Below, piece by piece: positions 12,001 through 26,900 of a DNA stretch of 63,370 nt (positions are counted from its first letter, which is position 1; every line of letters starts with the position of its first letter). The stretch covers positions 1 through 63,370 of the forward strand of contig JAUCBJ010009121.1 in NCBI GenBank assembly GCA_032718475.1, written 5' to 3'. A program made the translations under genes and the position numbers. This DNA is from Nemertoderma westbladi (Eukaryota > Animalia > Xenacoelomorpha). A model generated the notes under the pieces. That model was given only the letters and a program-made list of their open reading frames with translations, was not told the origin of the DNA and ran no database searches.

Positions 12001-14767
12001 CTACCGGTACCAGACCCAATGCATGGACTGTCTACCGGTACAATACCCAATGCCTGGACTGTCTACCGGTACCAGACCAAATGCCTGGACTGTCTACCGG
12101 TACCAGATCCAATGCCTGGACTGTCTACCGGTACCAGACCAAATGCCTGGACTGTCTACCGGTACCAGATCCAATGCCTGGACTGTCTACCGGTACCAGA
12201 CCCAATGCCTGGACTGTCTACCGGTACCAGATCCAATGCATGGACTGTCTACCGGTACCAGAACCAATGCATGGACTGTCTACCGGTACCAGAACCAATG
12301 CCTGGACTGTCTACCGGTACCAGACCCAATGCATGGACTGTCTACCGGTACCAGAACCAATGCATGGACTGTCTACCGGTACCAGAACCAATGCATGGAC
12401 TGTCTACCGGTACCAGATCCAATGCCTGTACTGTCTACCGGTACCAGACCCAATGCCTGGACTGTCTACCGGTACCAGACCCAATGCATGGACTGTCTAC
12501 CGGTACAAGACCCAATGCCTGGACTGTCTACCGGTACCAGACCAAATGCCTGGACTGTCTACCGGTACCACATCCAATGCCTGGACTGTCTACCGGTACC
12601 AGACCAAATGCCTGGACTGTCTACCGGTACCAGATCCAATGCCTGGACTGTCTACCGGTACCAGACCCAATGCCTGGACTGTCTACCGGTACCAGATCCA
12701 ATGCATGGACTGTCTACCGGTACCAGAACCAATGCATGGACTGTCTACCGGTACCAGATCCAATGCCTGGACTGTCTACCGGTACCAGACCCAATGCCTG
12801 GACTGTCTACCGGTACCAGACCCAATGCATGGACTGTCTACCGGTACAAGACCCAATGCCTGGACTGTCTACCGGTACCAGACCCAATGCATGGACTGTC
12901 TACCGGTACCAGATCCAATGCCTAGACTGTCTACCGGTACCAGACCCAATGCCTTACTTACTTGGATCGGCATGCTGCAATGCAGCTGCATTTTTAAGAA
13001 TGCTGTGCCGGCTTGTCAACAAAATTGCACCGCCACAACTCCCTATCACCCATGACATTTGCTAGATCATCCGCATGTTTAAGGCCAGTGTCCTTTAAGA
13101 TGCGTCTCAAGAAAGTCATGGGCTGTCCACCATGCTTATTCACTCCATGAGGCTGCCAAAGTACAAGATTATGCACTGGCTGGTCCTCACGGCGAAAGCA
13201 ATGTCCTGCAAAGCGGAGGCGATTTTCTTCTAGTGTCAAGCTTGGGGGAACCAATGAGACACCTCCAATGTTATATAGTGTCTGGTTGGAGATGTGTGCA
13301 TTGTACTTGACACAATGTACCCGGCGTAGCATTCTTGTGAATGTGCCATCCAGAGATTTGGTGTCCTCAGCAGTTAGAGCCCAGCATGGACTCCCGTAGA
13401 GGATTACTGGAACTACTGCTGCTCTGAATAATCGGACCTTAAGTTTCCGATTAATTCTAGGTGACTTCCAAATCCTGGAAAGCCTATTCAAGGCTGCCCA
13501 TGCCTTTCCCTTACGTATTCGAAGGTCCTCACCTGACTTCCGGATCCATGATCCCAGGTAACAGAAGTCGTCCACATGCTCAAGCATACCATCCTTTGAG
13601 CTTATGCTCATCCGATCAGAGACTTGCTGAGGACTTTCAAAGTTAACTGTCAGAATTTTGGTCTTTCTGGAGTTAATAAAAAGACCAACACTAGAAGCAG
13701 CATGTTCTAATGAGCTGAGGAGCCGCTGGGCTCCCTCTAATGATTCTGAGAGTACTCCTAAGTCATCAGCAAAGTCTAGATCAGTTAGGTATTTTGCAGG
13801 ATTTCCTCGACTTCTGGAGCCAGTAGGTGGAGTTATCATCACCCCATCATCATTATGATGATCTAAGGACATGCGTAGAACATAGTCAACCACAATAATG
13901 AATGCCTAGACTGTCTAACGGTACCAGACCCAATGCCTAGACTGTCTACCGGTACCAGACACAATGCCTGGACTGTCTACCGGTACCAGAACCAATGCCT
14001 GGACTGTCTACCGGTACCAGACCCAATGCCTGGACTGTCTACCGGTACCAGAACCAATGCCTGGACTGTCTACCGGTACAAGACCCAATGCCTGGACTGT
14101 CTACCGGTACCAGAACCAATGCCTGGACTGTCTACCGGTACCAGTCCCAATGCATGGACTGTCTACCGGTACCAGACCCAATGCCTGGACTGTCTACCGG
14201 TACCAGAACCAATGCCTGGACTGTCTACCGGTACAAGACCCAATGCCTGGACTGTCTACCGGTACCAGAACCAATGCCTGGACTGTCTACCGGTACCAGA
14301 ACCAATGCCTGGACTGTCTACCTGTACCAGAACCAATGCATGGACTGTCTACCGGTACCAGAACCAATGCCTGGACTGTCTACCTGTACCAGAACCAATG
14401 CATGGACTGTCTACCGGTACCAGTCCCAATGCATGGACTGTCTACCGGTACCAGACCCAATGCCTGGACTGTCTACCGGTACCAGACCCAATGCCTGGAC
14501 TGTCTACCGGTACCAGAACCAATGCCTGGACTGTCTAACGGTACAAGATCCAATGCCTGTACTGTCTACCGGTACCAGAACCAATGCCTGGACTGTCTAC
14601 CGGTACCAGTCCCAATGCATGGACTGTCTACCGGTACCAGACCCAATGCCTGGACTGTCTACCGGTACCAGACCCAATGCCTGGACTGTCTACCGGTACC
14701 AGACCCAATGCCTGGACTGTCTACCCGTACCAGACCCAATGCCTGGACTGTCTACTGGTACAATGCT
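9097..14767. repeat. 31-bp tandem array (CCAATGCCTGGACTGTCTACCGGTACCAGAH), about 150 copies, split by an RTE insertion
   Basis: Clear 31-bp period; palindromic core TACCGGTA overlapping GGTACC. Confidence 0.98.
12955..13900 (-). mobile_element. 5'-truncated RTE-clade LINE (RT C-terminal half, short 3'UTR, (TAAG)n tail)
   Basis: ORF 12994-13893 with LDFADD, FCYLGS, LYGSPCWAL, RLRFAGHCFR; tail AAGTAAGTA on the minus strand; apparent TSD AATGCCT at 12948-12954 and 13901-13907. Confidence 0.93.
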
Positions 14768-15250
14768 AAATTTGCATGGGATCTACCTTTTGTGTAGTAT
14801 ATTTATTTATACAAACGTAGAGGCAGTACCGGAAAGTCAATGGATTGTTGTTCTATAAGATGTGACCTTTACAGTCATACCTCAACCGCCGGGGTATATA
14901 CTGTATACTTCGATTCACGGTAATTATTATTCCATATCAGTTGCTGTTAACGGAATACTGACTGATCTAGCCAGTTTTGCCAAAGGATATCATTATTTTA
15001 TAATATGTTGCTATTGTTTGTTGTTCTTGTGCATAATCTTGTGGAAATTGTTAATAAAAAGTTGAAAGTTCTTTCAATCTAATCTTTCACCATCGGATAT
15101 ATGACATACTTTTTTATTCTTTGTTCAATAATATTTTTTTTAATATTTTTTTTATATAATATTTTTTGATTGAAAAAGTAGGTTATATTATTTCAATAAA
15201 AGTAATATTATATAACTATATAAATAACCAATATTATTATTATTAATGTC

Positions 15251-15320
15251 ATTGCGATAAAATGAATTTTATTGCGATAAAATGAATTTTATTGCGATAA
15301 AATGAATTTTATTGCGATAA
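15251..15320. repeat. Short 20-bp tandem (ATTGCGATAAAATGAATTTT) x3.5
   Basis: Directly visible. Confidence 0.9.
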
Positions 15321-15673
15321 TGGTATTTTTGTGGATATAAATTGTATTATATTATTAAGCGATAAAATTAACTTAAACTCATACTACTAACTCAAAAATA
15401 TAGATGGGAGGATTACAATTCATATTTCATGCAATGTAATTTTCAACAAACGTATCAAAAGTGAGGTTTCAAAATGGTGCTACAGTATATAAATGGTCCA
15501 ATTTGATTAATTTGTTGTTAACAAAAAGTTAACAAATTGATGTTGTTAAAACGCTCAACGTTTGTAATTTCTTCATACGTCTCACCAAAACATCTTTTAG
15601 AAAAACAATTGTGGGCTGTTTGAATACGGACAGCCAATAAACATTTAACCATTCTGTCAAAATACTTTTGTGT

Positions 15674-16889
15674 TTAACCCATGTTATCGGAGAACCGTGA
15701 TTCCGCGCTATAAGAACCCATCACAGATGCCCCAAACACGTGACGCTTATTAACCCATGTTATCGGAGAACCGTGATTCCGCGCTGTAAGAACCCATCAC
15801 AGATGCCCCAAACACGTGACGCTTATTAACCCATGTTATCGGAGAACCGTGATTCCGCGCTGTAAGAACCCATCACAGATGCCCCAAACACGTGACGCTT
15901 ATTAACCCATGTTATCGGAGAACCGTGATTCCGCGCTATAAGAACCCATCACAGATGCCCCAAACACTTGACGCTTATTAACCCATGTTATCGGAGAACC
16001 GTGATTCCGCGCTATAAGAACCCATCACAGATGCCCCAAACACTTGACGCTTATTAACCCATGTTATCGGAGAACCGTGATTCCGTGCTATAAGAACCCA
16101 TCACAGATGCCCCAAACACGTGACGCTTATTAACCCATGTTATCGGAGAACCGTGATTCCGCGCTGTAAGAACCCATCACAGATGCCCCAAATACGTGAC
16201 GCTTATTAACCCATGTTATCGGAGAACCGTGATTCCGCGCTATAAGAACCCATCACAGATGCCCCAAACACTTGACGCTTATTAACCCATGTTATCGGAG
16301 AACCGTGATTCCGCGCTATAAGAACCCATCACAGAGGCCCCAAACACGTGACGCTTATTAACCCATGTTATCGGAGAACCGTGATTCCGCGCTATAAGAA
16401 CCCATCACAGATGCCCCAAACACTTGACGCTTATTAACCCATGTTATCGGAGAACCGTGATTCCGCGCTATAAGAACCCATCACAGATGCCCCAAACACT
16501 TGACGCTTATTAACCCATGTTATCGGAGAACCGTGATTCCGCGCTATAAGAACCCATCACAGATGCCCCAAACACTTGACGCTTATTAACCCATGTTATC
16601 GGAGAACCGTGACTCCGCGCTATAAGAACCCATCACAGATGCCCCAAACACGTGACGCTTATTAACCCATGTTATCGGAGAACCGTGATTCCGCGCTATA
16701 AGAACCCATCACAGATGCCCCAAACACGTGACGCTTATTAACCCATGTTATCGGAGAACCGTGATTCCGCGCTATAAGAACCCATCACAGATGCCCCAAA
16801 CACTTGACGCTTATTAACCCATGTTATCGGAGAACCGTGATTCCGCGCTATAAGAACCCATCACAGATGCCCCAAACACGTGACGCTTA
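15674..16889. repeat. 76-bp tandem array (TTAACCCATGTTATCGGAGAACCGTGATTCCGCGCTATAAG...GACGCTTA), about 16 copies
   Basis: AACCC ends at 15680 and 15756 (period 76); near-identical units; unrelated in sequence to the 76-bp array at 32.7-51.1 kb. Confidence 0.97.
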
Positions 16890-16935
16890 ATTACAAAGGT
16901 TGAGTTCTTCGCTCGACCTAGTAGTAGTAGTAGTA

Positions 16936-17207
16936 GAGGCTGCCAAAGTACAAGATTTTGCACTGGCTGGTCCTCACGGCGAGAGCAATGTCCTGCAAAG
17001 CGGAGGCGATTTTGTTCTAGGGTCAAGCTTGGGGGAACCAATGAGACACCTCCAATGTTATATAGTGTCTGGTTGGAGATGTGTGCATTGTACTTGACAC
17101 AATGAACCCGGCGTAGCATTCTTGTGAATGTGCCATCCAGAGATTTGGTGTCCTCAGCAGTTAGAGCCCAGCATGGACTAGCGTAGAGGAGTACTGGAAC
17201 TACTGCT
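16936..17207 (-). mobile_element. Internal fragment of the same RTE LINE, truncated at both ends, abutting a (TAG)n tract
   Basis: Nearly identical to 13149-13420 (MLRRVHCVKYNAHISNQTLY...LVLWQP). Confidence 0.92.
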
Positions 17208-17712
17208 CATGATTTATAACTGATTTCTGAATCTGAATTTATATCTGAAATTCATTCATTAAATATATGTACATGAATGTCTATATTATAAATAATAGAA
17301 ACACTTGATGCTTTTTATTGAATATGATAAACATTTTTATGTGGCAGCGATTCAGTGAAGCGCTCTAGATACTATATATTTAAAATGTTGCGTAAATGAT
17401 ATTAAAAACATATGTGAAATGAAAAACGTAGGTGGGAAATAAACTACGTTTGTAAACCATTTGAATAAAAAGTTAGTGAACATTTTTAAAAATCTAGGCA
17501 TTTTTTAGTACATGAGATTTCTCGAAAGTTTTTTTTACTCATATAAAGAGGGCAGGGCAGATAGCTATTTTCAGCTTTGGATGAATGTGGCCGCAATAAA
17601 ATTAAAAATCCTGATCCCGAAAATTGTGGATCCCAATCCCGTTGCAACACTATCCTGTACCCTGTTTCTGTTTTATCTGCTACAGCATTATTGCTAAATA
17701 GGAATAACCCAC

Positions 17713-17896
17713 CTGCATTCTGGTAGTCAGCCGGACTTCGTAACTGGCTGATCAATGCTCCGTAATCATGGTCACCTAGGAAGATTCGGCTATCCATGTT
17801 AGCTTTGGCGCCAGTCAGTGAATTTACAAACTTATCAAGAATGTCCAGAAAGTCTGAAATCAAATTCTTATCTTCCTTCTTTGCGGTTCCCCAGCC
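17713..17896 (-). CDS. DNAH5: DNAH5/DNAH8-like dynein heavy chain, 3rd exon in window
   Basis: acaatttttag|GGC TGG GGA...: GWGTAKKEDKNLISDFLDILDKFVNSLTGAKANMDSRIFLGDHDYGALISQLRSPADYQNA; donor G|gtgggt; 184 nt, phase 0 in and phase 1 out, joining the 2780 exon as GCC. Confidence 0.9.
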
Positions 17897-17945
17897 CTAA
17901 AAATTGTTGTAATTATAGGCCTTCTGTACACATATAAGTACTGTG

Positions 17946-20900
17946 TAGGCTCCTCCTCTCCACGTAACTCTAGGCTCCTACTCTCCATGTAACTCTATGC
18001 TCCTCCTCTCCACGTAACTCCAGGCTCCTTCCTACTCTCCACGTAACTCTAGGCTCCTGCTCTCCACATAACTCTAGGCTCCTTCCTACTCTCCACGTAA
18101 CTCTAGGCTCCTTCCTACTCTCCACGTAACTCTAGGCTCCTCCTCTCCACGTAACTCCAGGCTCCTTCCTACTCTCCACGTAACTCTAGGCTCCTTCCTA
18201 CTCTCCATGTAACTCTAGGCTCCTACTCTCCACATAACTCTAGGCTCCTTCCTACTCTCCACGTAACTCTAGGCTCCTTCCTACTCTCCATGTAACTCTA
18301 GGCTCCTCCTCTCCACGTAACTCCAGGCTCCTTCCTACTCTCCACGTAACTCTAGGCTCCTCCTCTCCACGTAACTCCAGGCTCCTTCCTACTCTCCACG
18401 TAACTCTAGGCTCCTTCATACTCTCCATGTAACTCTAGGCTCCTCCTCTCCACGTAACTCCAGGCTCCTTCCTACTCTCCACGTAACTCTAGGCTCCTCC
18501 TCTCCACGTAACTCCAGGCTCCTTCCTACTCTCCACGTAACTCTAGGCTCCTTCCTACTCTCCATGTAACTCTAGGCTCCTGCTCTCCACATAACTCTAG
18601 GCTCCTTCCTACTCTCCACGTAACTCTAGGCTCCTTCCTACTCTCCATGTAACTCTAGGCTCCTCCTCTCCACGTAACTCCAGGCTCCTTCCTACTCTCC
18701 ACGTAACTCTAGGCTCCTCCTCTCCACGTAACTCCAGGCTCCTTCCTACTCTCCACGTAACTCTAGGCTCCTTCCTACTCTCCATGTAACTCTAGGCTCC
18801 TCCTCTCCACGTAACTCCAGGCTCCTTCCTACTCTCCACGTAACTCTAGGCTCCTGCTCTCCACATAACTCTAGGCTCCTTCCTACTCTCCACGTAACTC
18901 TAGGCTCCTTCCTACTCTCCATGTAACTCTAGGCTCCTTCCTACTCTCCACATAACTCTAGGCTCCTTCCTACTCTCCACGTAACTCTAGGCTCCTACTC
19001 TCCACGTAACTCTAGGCTCCTACTCTCCATGTAACTCTTTGTGGCTCCTCCTCTCCACGTAACTCTAGGCTCCTTCCTACTCTCCATGTAACTCTAGGCT
19101 CCTCCTCTCCACGTAACTCCAGGCTCCTTCCTACTCTCCACGTAACTCTAGGCTCCTTCCTACTCTCCATGTAACTCTAGGCTCCTCCTCTCCACGTAAC
19201 TCCAGGCTCCTTCCTACTCTCCACGTAACTCTAGGCTCCTTCCTACTCTCCACGTAACTCTAGGCTCCTACTCTCCATGTAACTCTTTGTGGCTCCTCCT
19301 CTCCACGTAACTCTAGGCTCCTTCCTACTCTCCATGTAACTCTAGGCTCCTCCTCTCCACGTAACTCCAGGCTCCTTCCTACTCTCCATGTAACTCTATG
19401 CTCCTACTCTCCATGTAACTCTTTGTGGCTCCTCCTCTCCACGTAACTCTAGGCTCCTTCCTACTCTCCATGTAACTCTAGGCTCCTCCTCTCCACGTAA
19501 CTCCAGGCTCCTTCCTACTCTCCACGTAACTCTAGGCTCCTACTCTCCATGTAACTCTTTGTGGCTCCTCCTCTCCACGTAACTCTAGGCTCCTTCCTAC
19601 TCTCCATGTAACTCTAGGCTCCTCCTCTCCACGTAACTCCAGGCTCCTTCCTACTCTCCACGTAACTCTAGGCTCCTACTCTCCATGTAACTCTTTGTGG
19701 CTCCTCCTCTCCACGTAACTCTATGCTCCTTCCTACTCTCCACGTAACTCTAGACTCCTTCCTACTCTCCATGTAACTCTATGCTCCTACTCTCCATGTA
19801 ACTCTTTGTGGCTCCTCCTCTCCACGTAACTCTAGGCTCCTTCCTACTCTCCATGTAACTCTAGGCTCCTCCTCTCCACGTAACTCCAGGCTCCTTCCTA
19901 CTCTCCACGTAATTCTAGGCTCCTTCCTACTCTCCATGTAACTCTAGGCTCCTCCTCTCCACGTAACTCCAGGCTCCTTCCTACTCTCCACGTAACTCTA
20001 GGCTCCTACTCTCCATGTAACTCTTTGTGGCTCCTCCTCTCCACGTAACTCTAGGCTCCTTCCTACTCTCCATGTAACTCTAGGCTCCTCCTCTCCACGT
20101 AACTCCAGGCTCCTTCCTACTCTCCACGTAACTCTAGGCTCCTACTCTCCATGTAACTCTTTGTGGCTCCTCCTCTCCACGTAACTCTATGCTCCTTCCT
20201 ACTCTCCACGTAACTCTAGACTCCTTCCTACTCTCCACGTAACTCTAGACTCCTTCCTACTCTCCACGTAACTCTATGCTCCTACTCTCCATGTAACTCT
20301 TTGTGGCTCCTCCTCTCCACGTAACTCTAGGCTCCTTCCTACTCTCCATGTAACTCTAGGCTCCTCCTCTCCACGTAACTCCAGGCTCCTTCCTACTCTC
20401 CACGTAACTCTAGGCTCCTTCCTACTCTCCATGTAACTCTAGGCTCCTCCTCTCCACGTAACTCCAGGCTCCTTCCTACTCTCCACGTAACTCTAGGCTC
20501 CTGCTCTCCACATAACTCTAGGCTCCTTCCTACTCTCCACGTAACTCTAGGCTCCTTCCTACTCTCCATGTAACTCTTTGTGGCTCCTCCTCTCCACGTA
20601 ACTCTAGGCTCCTTCCTACTCTCCATGTAACTCTAGGCTCCTCCTCTCCACGTAACTCCAGGCTCCTTCCTACTCTCCACGTAACTCTAGGCTCCTTCCT
20701 ACTCTCCATGTAACTCTTTGTGGCTCCTCCTCTCCACGTAACTCTAGGCTCCTTCCTACTCTCCATGTAACTCTAGGCTCCTCCTCTCCACGTAACTCCA
20801 GGCTCCTTCCTACTCTCCACGTAACTCTAGGCTCCTTCCTACTCTCCATGTAACTCTAGGCTCCTCCTCTCCACGTAACTCCAGGCTCCTTCCTACTCTC

Positions 20901-23900
20901 CACGTAACTCTAGGCTCCTACTCTCCATGTAACTCTTTGTGGCTCCTCCTCTCCACGTAACTCTAGGCTCCTTCCTACTCTCCATGTAACTCTAGGCTCC
21001 TCCTCTCCACGTAACTCCAGGCTCCTTCCTACTCTCCACGTAACTCTAGGCTCCTACTCTCCATGTAACTCTTTGTGGCTCCTCCTCTCCACGTAACTCT
21101 AGGCTCCTTCCTACTCTCCATGTAACTCTAGGCTCCTCCTCTCCACGTAACTCCAGGCTCCTTCCTACTCTCCACGTAACTCTAGGCTCCTACTCTCCAT
21201 GTAACTCTTTGTGGCTCCTCCTCTCCACGTAACTCTAGGCTCCTTCCTACTCTCCATGTAACTCTAGGCTCCTCCTCTCCACGTAACTCCAGGCTCCTTC
21301 CTACTCTCCACGTAACTCTAGGCTCCTACTCTCCATGTAACTCTTTGTGGCTCCTCCTCTCCACGTAACTCTAGGCTCCTTCCTACTCTCCATGTAACTC
21401 TAGGCTCCTCCTCTCCACGTAACTCCAGGCTCCTTCCTACTCTCCACGTAACTCTAGGCTCCTACTCTCCATGTAACTCTTTGTGGCTCCTCCTCTCCAC
21501 GTAACTCTAGGCTCCTTCCTACTCTCCATGTAACTCTAGGCTCCTCCTCTCCACGTAACTCCAGGCTCCTTCCTACTCTCCACGTAACTCTATGCTCCTA
21601 CTCTCCATGTAACTCTAGGCTCCTCCTCTCCACGTAACTCCAGGCTCCTTCCTACTCTCCACGTAACTCTAGGCTCCTACTCTCCATGTAACTCTTTGTG
21701 GCTCCTCCTCTCCACGTAACTCTAGGCTCCTTCCTACTCTCCATGTAACTCTAGGCTCCTCCTCTCCACGTAACTCCAGGCTCCTTCCTACTCTCCACGT
21801 AACTCTAGGCTCCTACTCTCCATGTAACTCTAGGCTCCTCCTCTCCACGTAACTCCAGGCTCCTTCCTACTCTCCACGTAACTCTAGGCTCCTACTCTCC
21901 ATGTAACTCTGTGGCTCCTGCTCTCCACATAACTCTAGGCTCCTTCCTACTCTCCACGTAACTCTATGCTCCTGCTCTCCATGTAACTCTTTGTGGCTCC
22001 TACTCTCCACATAACTCTAGGCTCCTTCCTACTCTCCATGTAACTCTATGCTCCTGCTCTCCACATAACTCTAGGCTCCTTCCTACTCTCCACATAACTC
22101 TAGGCTCCTTCCTACTCTCCATGTAACTCTATGCTCCTGCTCTCCATGTAACTCTTTGTGGCTCCTACTCTCCACGTAACTCTAGGCTCCTTCCTACTCT
22201 CCATGTAACTCTATGCTCCTGCTCTCCACATAACTCTAGGCTCCTTCCTACTCTCCACGTAACTCTAGGCTCCTTCCTACTCTCCACATAACTCTAGGCT
22301 CCTTCCTACTCTCCATGTAACTCTAGGCTCCTGCTCTCCATGTAACTCTATGCTCCTGCTCTCCACATAACTCTAGGCTCCTTCCTACTCTCCACGTAAC
22401 TCTAGGCTCCTTCCTACTCTCCACATAACTCTAGGCTCCTTCCTACTCTCCATGTAACTCTAGGCTCCTGCTCTCCATGTAACTCTAGGCTCCTGCTCTC
22501 CACGTAACTCTAGGCTCCTTCCTACTCTCCACATAACTCTAGGCTCCTTCCTACTCTCCATGTAACTCTAGGCTCGCTTCCTGACTCTGGGCCACAGTAA
22601 CTCTAGGCTCCTTCCTACTCTCCACGTAACTCTATGCTCCTGCTCTCCACATAACTCTAGGCTCCTTCCTACTCTCCATGTAACTCTATGCTCCTGCTCT
22701 CCATGTAACTCTAGGCTCCTACTCTCCATGTAACTCTTTGTGGCTCCTCCCTCCACATAACTCTAGGCTCCTTCCTACTCTCCATGTAACTCTATGCTCC
22801 TGCTCTCCACATAACTCTAGGCTCCTTCCTACTCTCCATGTAACTCTATGCTCTGCTCTCCATGTAACTCTTTGTGGCTCCTACTCTCCACGTAACTCTA
22901 GGCTCCTTCCTACTCTCCATGTAACTCTAGGCTCCTTCCTACTCTCCACGTAACTCTATGCTCCTGCTCTCCACATAACTCTAGGCTCCTTCCTACTCTC
23001 CACATAACTCTAGGCTCCTTCCTACTCTCCACGTAACTCTAGGCTCCTTCCTACTCTCCAGTAACTCTAGCTCCTGCTCTCCACATAACTCTAGGCTCCT
23101 TCCTACTCTCCACGTAACTCTATGCTCCTACTCTCCACGTAACTCTAGGCTCCTACTCTCCGCGTAACTCTAGGCTCCTACTCTCCACGTAACTCTAGGC
23201 TCCTTCCTACTCTCCACGTAACTCTAGGCTCCTACTCTCCATAACTCTGGCTCCTCTCTCCACGTAACTCTAGGCTCCTTCCTACTCTCCACGTAACTCT
23301 AGGCTCCTCCTCTCCACATAACTCTAGGCTCCTTCCTACTCTCCACGTAACTCTAGGCTCCTTCCTACTCTCCACGTAACTCTAGGCTCCTTCCTACTCT
23401 CCACATAACTCTAGGCTCCTTCCTACTCTCCATGTAACTCTATGCTCCTGCTCTCCACATAACTCTAGGCTCCTTCCTACTCTCCATGTAACTCTAGGCT
23501 CCTTCCTACTCTCCGCGTAACTCTAGGCTCCTCCTCTCCATGTAACTCTAGGCTCCTTCCTACTCTCCACGTAACTCTAGGCTCCTACTCTCCATGTAAC
23601 TCTTTGTGGCTCCTACTCTCCACGTAACTCTAGGCTCCTTCCTACTCTCCACATAACTCTAGGCTCCTTCCTACTCTCCATGTAACTCTATGCTCCTGCT
23701 CTCCACATAACTCTAGGCTCCTTCCTACTCTCCACATAACTCTAGGCTCCTTCCTACTCTCCATGTAACTCTATGCTCCTGCTCTCCACATAACTCTAGG
23801 CTCCTTCCTACTCTCCATGTAACTCTATGCTCCTACTCTCCATGTAACTCTTTGTGGCTCCTACTCTCCGCGTAACTCTAGGCTCCTTCCTACTCTCCAT

Positions 23901-26900
23901 GTAACTCTATGCTCCTGCTCTCCACATAACTCTAGGCTCCTTCCTACTCTCCACATAACTCTAGGCTCCTTCCTACTCTCCACGTAACTCTAGGCTCCTT
24001 CCTACTCTCCATGTAACTCTATGCTCCTGCTCTCCACATAACTCTAGGCTCCTTCCTACTCTCCACGTAACTCTAGGCTCCTTCCTACTCTCCATGTAAC
24101 TCTATGCTCCTGCTCTCCACATAACTCTAGGCTCCTTCCTACTCTCCATGTAACTCTATGCTCCTACTCTCCACGTAACTCTAGGCTCCTACTCTCCATG
24201 TAACTCTAGGCTCCTCCTCTCCACATAACTCTAGGCTCCTTCCTACTCTCCACGTAACTCTATGCTCCTACTCTCCACGTAACTCTATGCTCCTACTCTC
24301 CACATAACTCTAGGCTCCTTCCTACTCTCCACGTAACTCTAGGCTCCTACTCTCCATGTAACTCTATGCTCCTGCTCTCCACATAACTCTAGGCTCCTTC
24401 CTACTCTCCACGTAACTCTATGCTCCTACTCTCCACGTAACTCTATGCTCCTACTCTCCGCGTAACTCTAGGCTCCTACTCTCCACATAACTCTAGGCTC
24501 CTTCCTACTCTCCACATAACTCTAGGCTCCTACTCTCCACATAACTCTAGGCTCCTTCCTACTCTCCACATAACTCTAGGCTCCTTCCTACTCTCCACGT
24601 AACTCTAGGCTCCTTCCTACTCTCCACGTAACTCTATGCTCCTACTCTCCACATAACTCTAGGCTCCTTCCTACTCTCCACATAACTGTAGGCTCCTTCC
24701 TACTCTCCACGTAACTCTATGCTCCTACTCTCCACATAACTCTAGGCTCCTTCCTACTCTCCACATAACTGTAGGCTCCTTCCTACTCTCCACATAACTC
24801 TAGGCTCCTTCCTACTCTCCACGTAACTCTAGGCTCCTACTCTCCACATAACTCTAGGCTCCTTCCTACTCTCCACATAACTCTAGGCTCCTTCCTACTC
24901 TCCATGTAACTCTATGCTCCTACTCTCCACATAACTCTAGGCTCCTTCCTACTCTCCACATAACTGTAGGCTCCTTCCTAGTCTCCACATAACTCTAGGC
25001 TCCTTCCTACTCTCCACGTAACTCTATGCTCCTACTCTCCACATAACTCTAGGCTCCTTCCTACTCTCCACATAACTCTAGGCTCCTTCCTACTCTCCAC
25101 ATAACTCTAGGCTCCTTCCTACTCTCCACATAACTCTAGGCTCCTTCCTACTCTCCACATAACTCTAGGCTCCTTCCTACTCTCCACGTAACTCTATGCT
25201 CCTACTCTCCACATAACTCTAGGCTCCTTCCTACTCTCCACATAACTGTAGGCTCCTTCCTACTCTCCACATAACTCTAGGCTCCTTCCTACTCTCCACA
25301 TAACTCTAGGCTCCTTCCTACTCTCCACATAACTCTAGGCTCCTTCCTACTCTCCACGTAACTCTATGCTCCTACTCTCCACATAACTCTAGGCTCCTTC
25401 CTACTCTCCACATAACTGTAGGCTCCTTCCTACTCTCCACATAACTCTAGGCTCCTTCCTACTCTCCACATAACTCTAGGCTCCTTCCTACTCTCCACAT
25501 AACTCTAGGCTCCTTCCTACTCTCCACGTAACTCTATGCTCCTACTCTCCACATAACTCTAGGCTCCTTCCTACTCTCCACATAACTGTAGGCTCCTTCC
25601 TACTCTCCACATAACTCTAGGCTCCTTCCTACTCTCCACATAACTGTAGGCTCCTTCCTACTCTCCACATAACTCTAGGCTCCTACTCTCCACGTAACTC
25701 TATGCTCCTTCCTACTCTCCACGTAACTCTATGCTCCTACTCTCCACATAACTCTAGGCTCCTTCCTACTCTCCACATAACTCTAGGCTCCTTCCTACTC
25801 TCCACATAACTCTAGGCTCCTTCCTACTCTCCACATAACTCTAGGCTCCTTCCTACTCTCCACGTAACTCTATGCTCCTACTCTCCACGTAACTCTAGGC
25901 TCCTACTCTCCGCGTAACTCTAGGCTCCTACTCTCCACGTAACTCTAGGCTCCTTCCTACTCTCCACGTAACTCTAGGCTCCTACTCTCCACATAACTCT
26001 AGGCTCCTTCCTACTCTCCATGTAACTCTATGCTCCTGCTCTCCACATAACTCTAGGCTCCTTCCTACTCTCCACATAACTGTAGGCTCCTTCCTACTCT
26101 CCACATAACTCTAGGCTCCTTCCTACTCTCCATGTAACTCTATGCTCCTGCTCTCCACATAACTCTAGGCTCCTTCCTACTCTCCATGTAACTCTATGCT
26201 CCTACTCTCCATGTAACTCTTTGTGGCTCCTACTCTCCGCGTAACTCTAGGCTCCTTCCTACTCTCCACATAACTCTAGGCTCCTTCCTACTCTCCACGT
26301 AACTCTAGGCTCCTTCCTACTCTCCATGTAACTCTATGCTCCTGCTCTCCACATAACTCTAGGCTCCTTCCTACTCTCCATGTAACTCTATGCTCCTACT
26401 CTCCATGTAACTCTTTGTGGCTCCTACTCTCCGCGTAACTCTAGGCTCCTTCCTACTCTCCACATAACTCTAGGCTCCTTCCTACTCTCCACGTAACTCT
26501 AGGCTCCTTCCTACTCTCCATGTAACTCTATGCTCCTGCTCTCCACATAACTCTAGGCTCCTACCTACTCTCCACGTAACTCTAGGCTCCTTCCTACTCT
26601 CCACGTAACTCTAGGCTCCTACTCTCCATGTAACTCTAGGCTCCTCCTCTCCACATAACTCTAGGCTCCTTCCTACTCTCCATGTAACTCTATGCTCCTG
26701 CTCTCCACATAACTCTAGGCTCCTTCCTACTCTCCACGTAACTCTATGCTCCTACTCTCCACGTAACTCTATGCTCCTACTCTCCGCGTAACTCTAGGCT
26801 CCTACTCTCCACATAACTCTAGGCTCCTTCCTACTCTCCACATAACTCTAGGCTCCTACTCTCCACATAACTCTAGGCTCCTTCCTACTCTCCACATAAC

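Noticed and set aside
9096-14858. Long Cys/Pro-rich ORFs in all three plus frames
   Set aside because: A stop-free 31-bp unit cycles through all frames and gives the same peptide; an RTE interrupts it; no sign of coding constraint.
15674-16889. Common origin of the two 76-bp arrays
   Set aside because: Same period but only ACCCATCAC is shared; this unit matches no dynein exon, and the flanking exons already join in frame.
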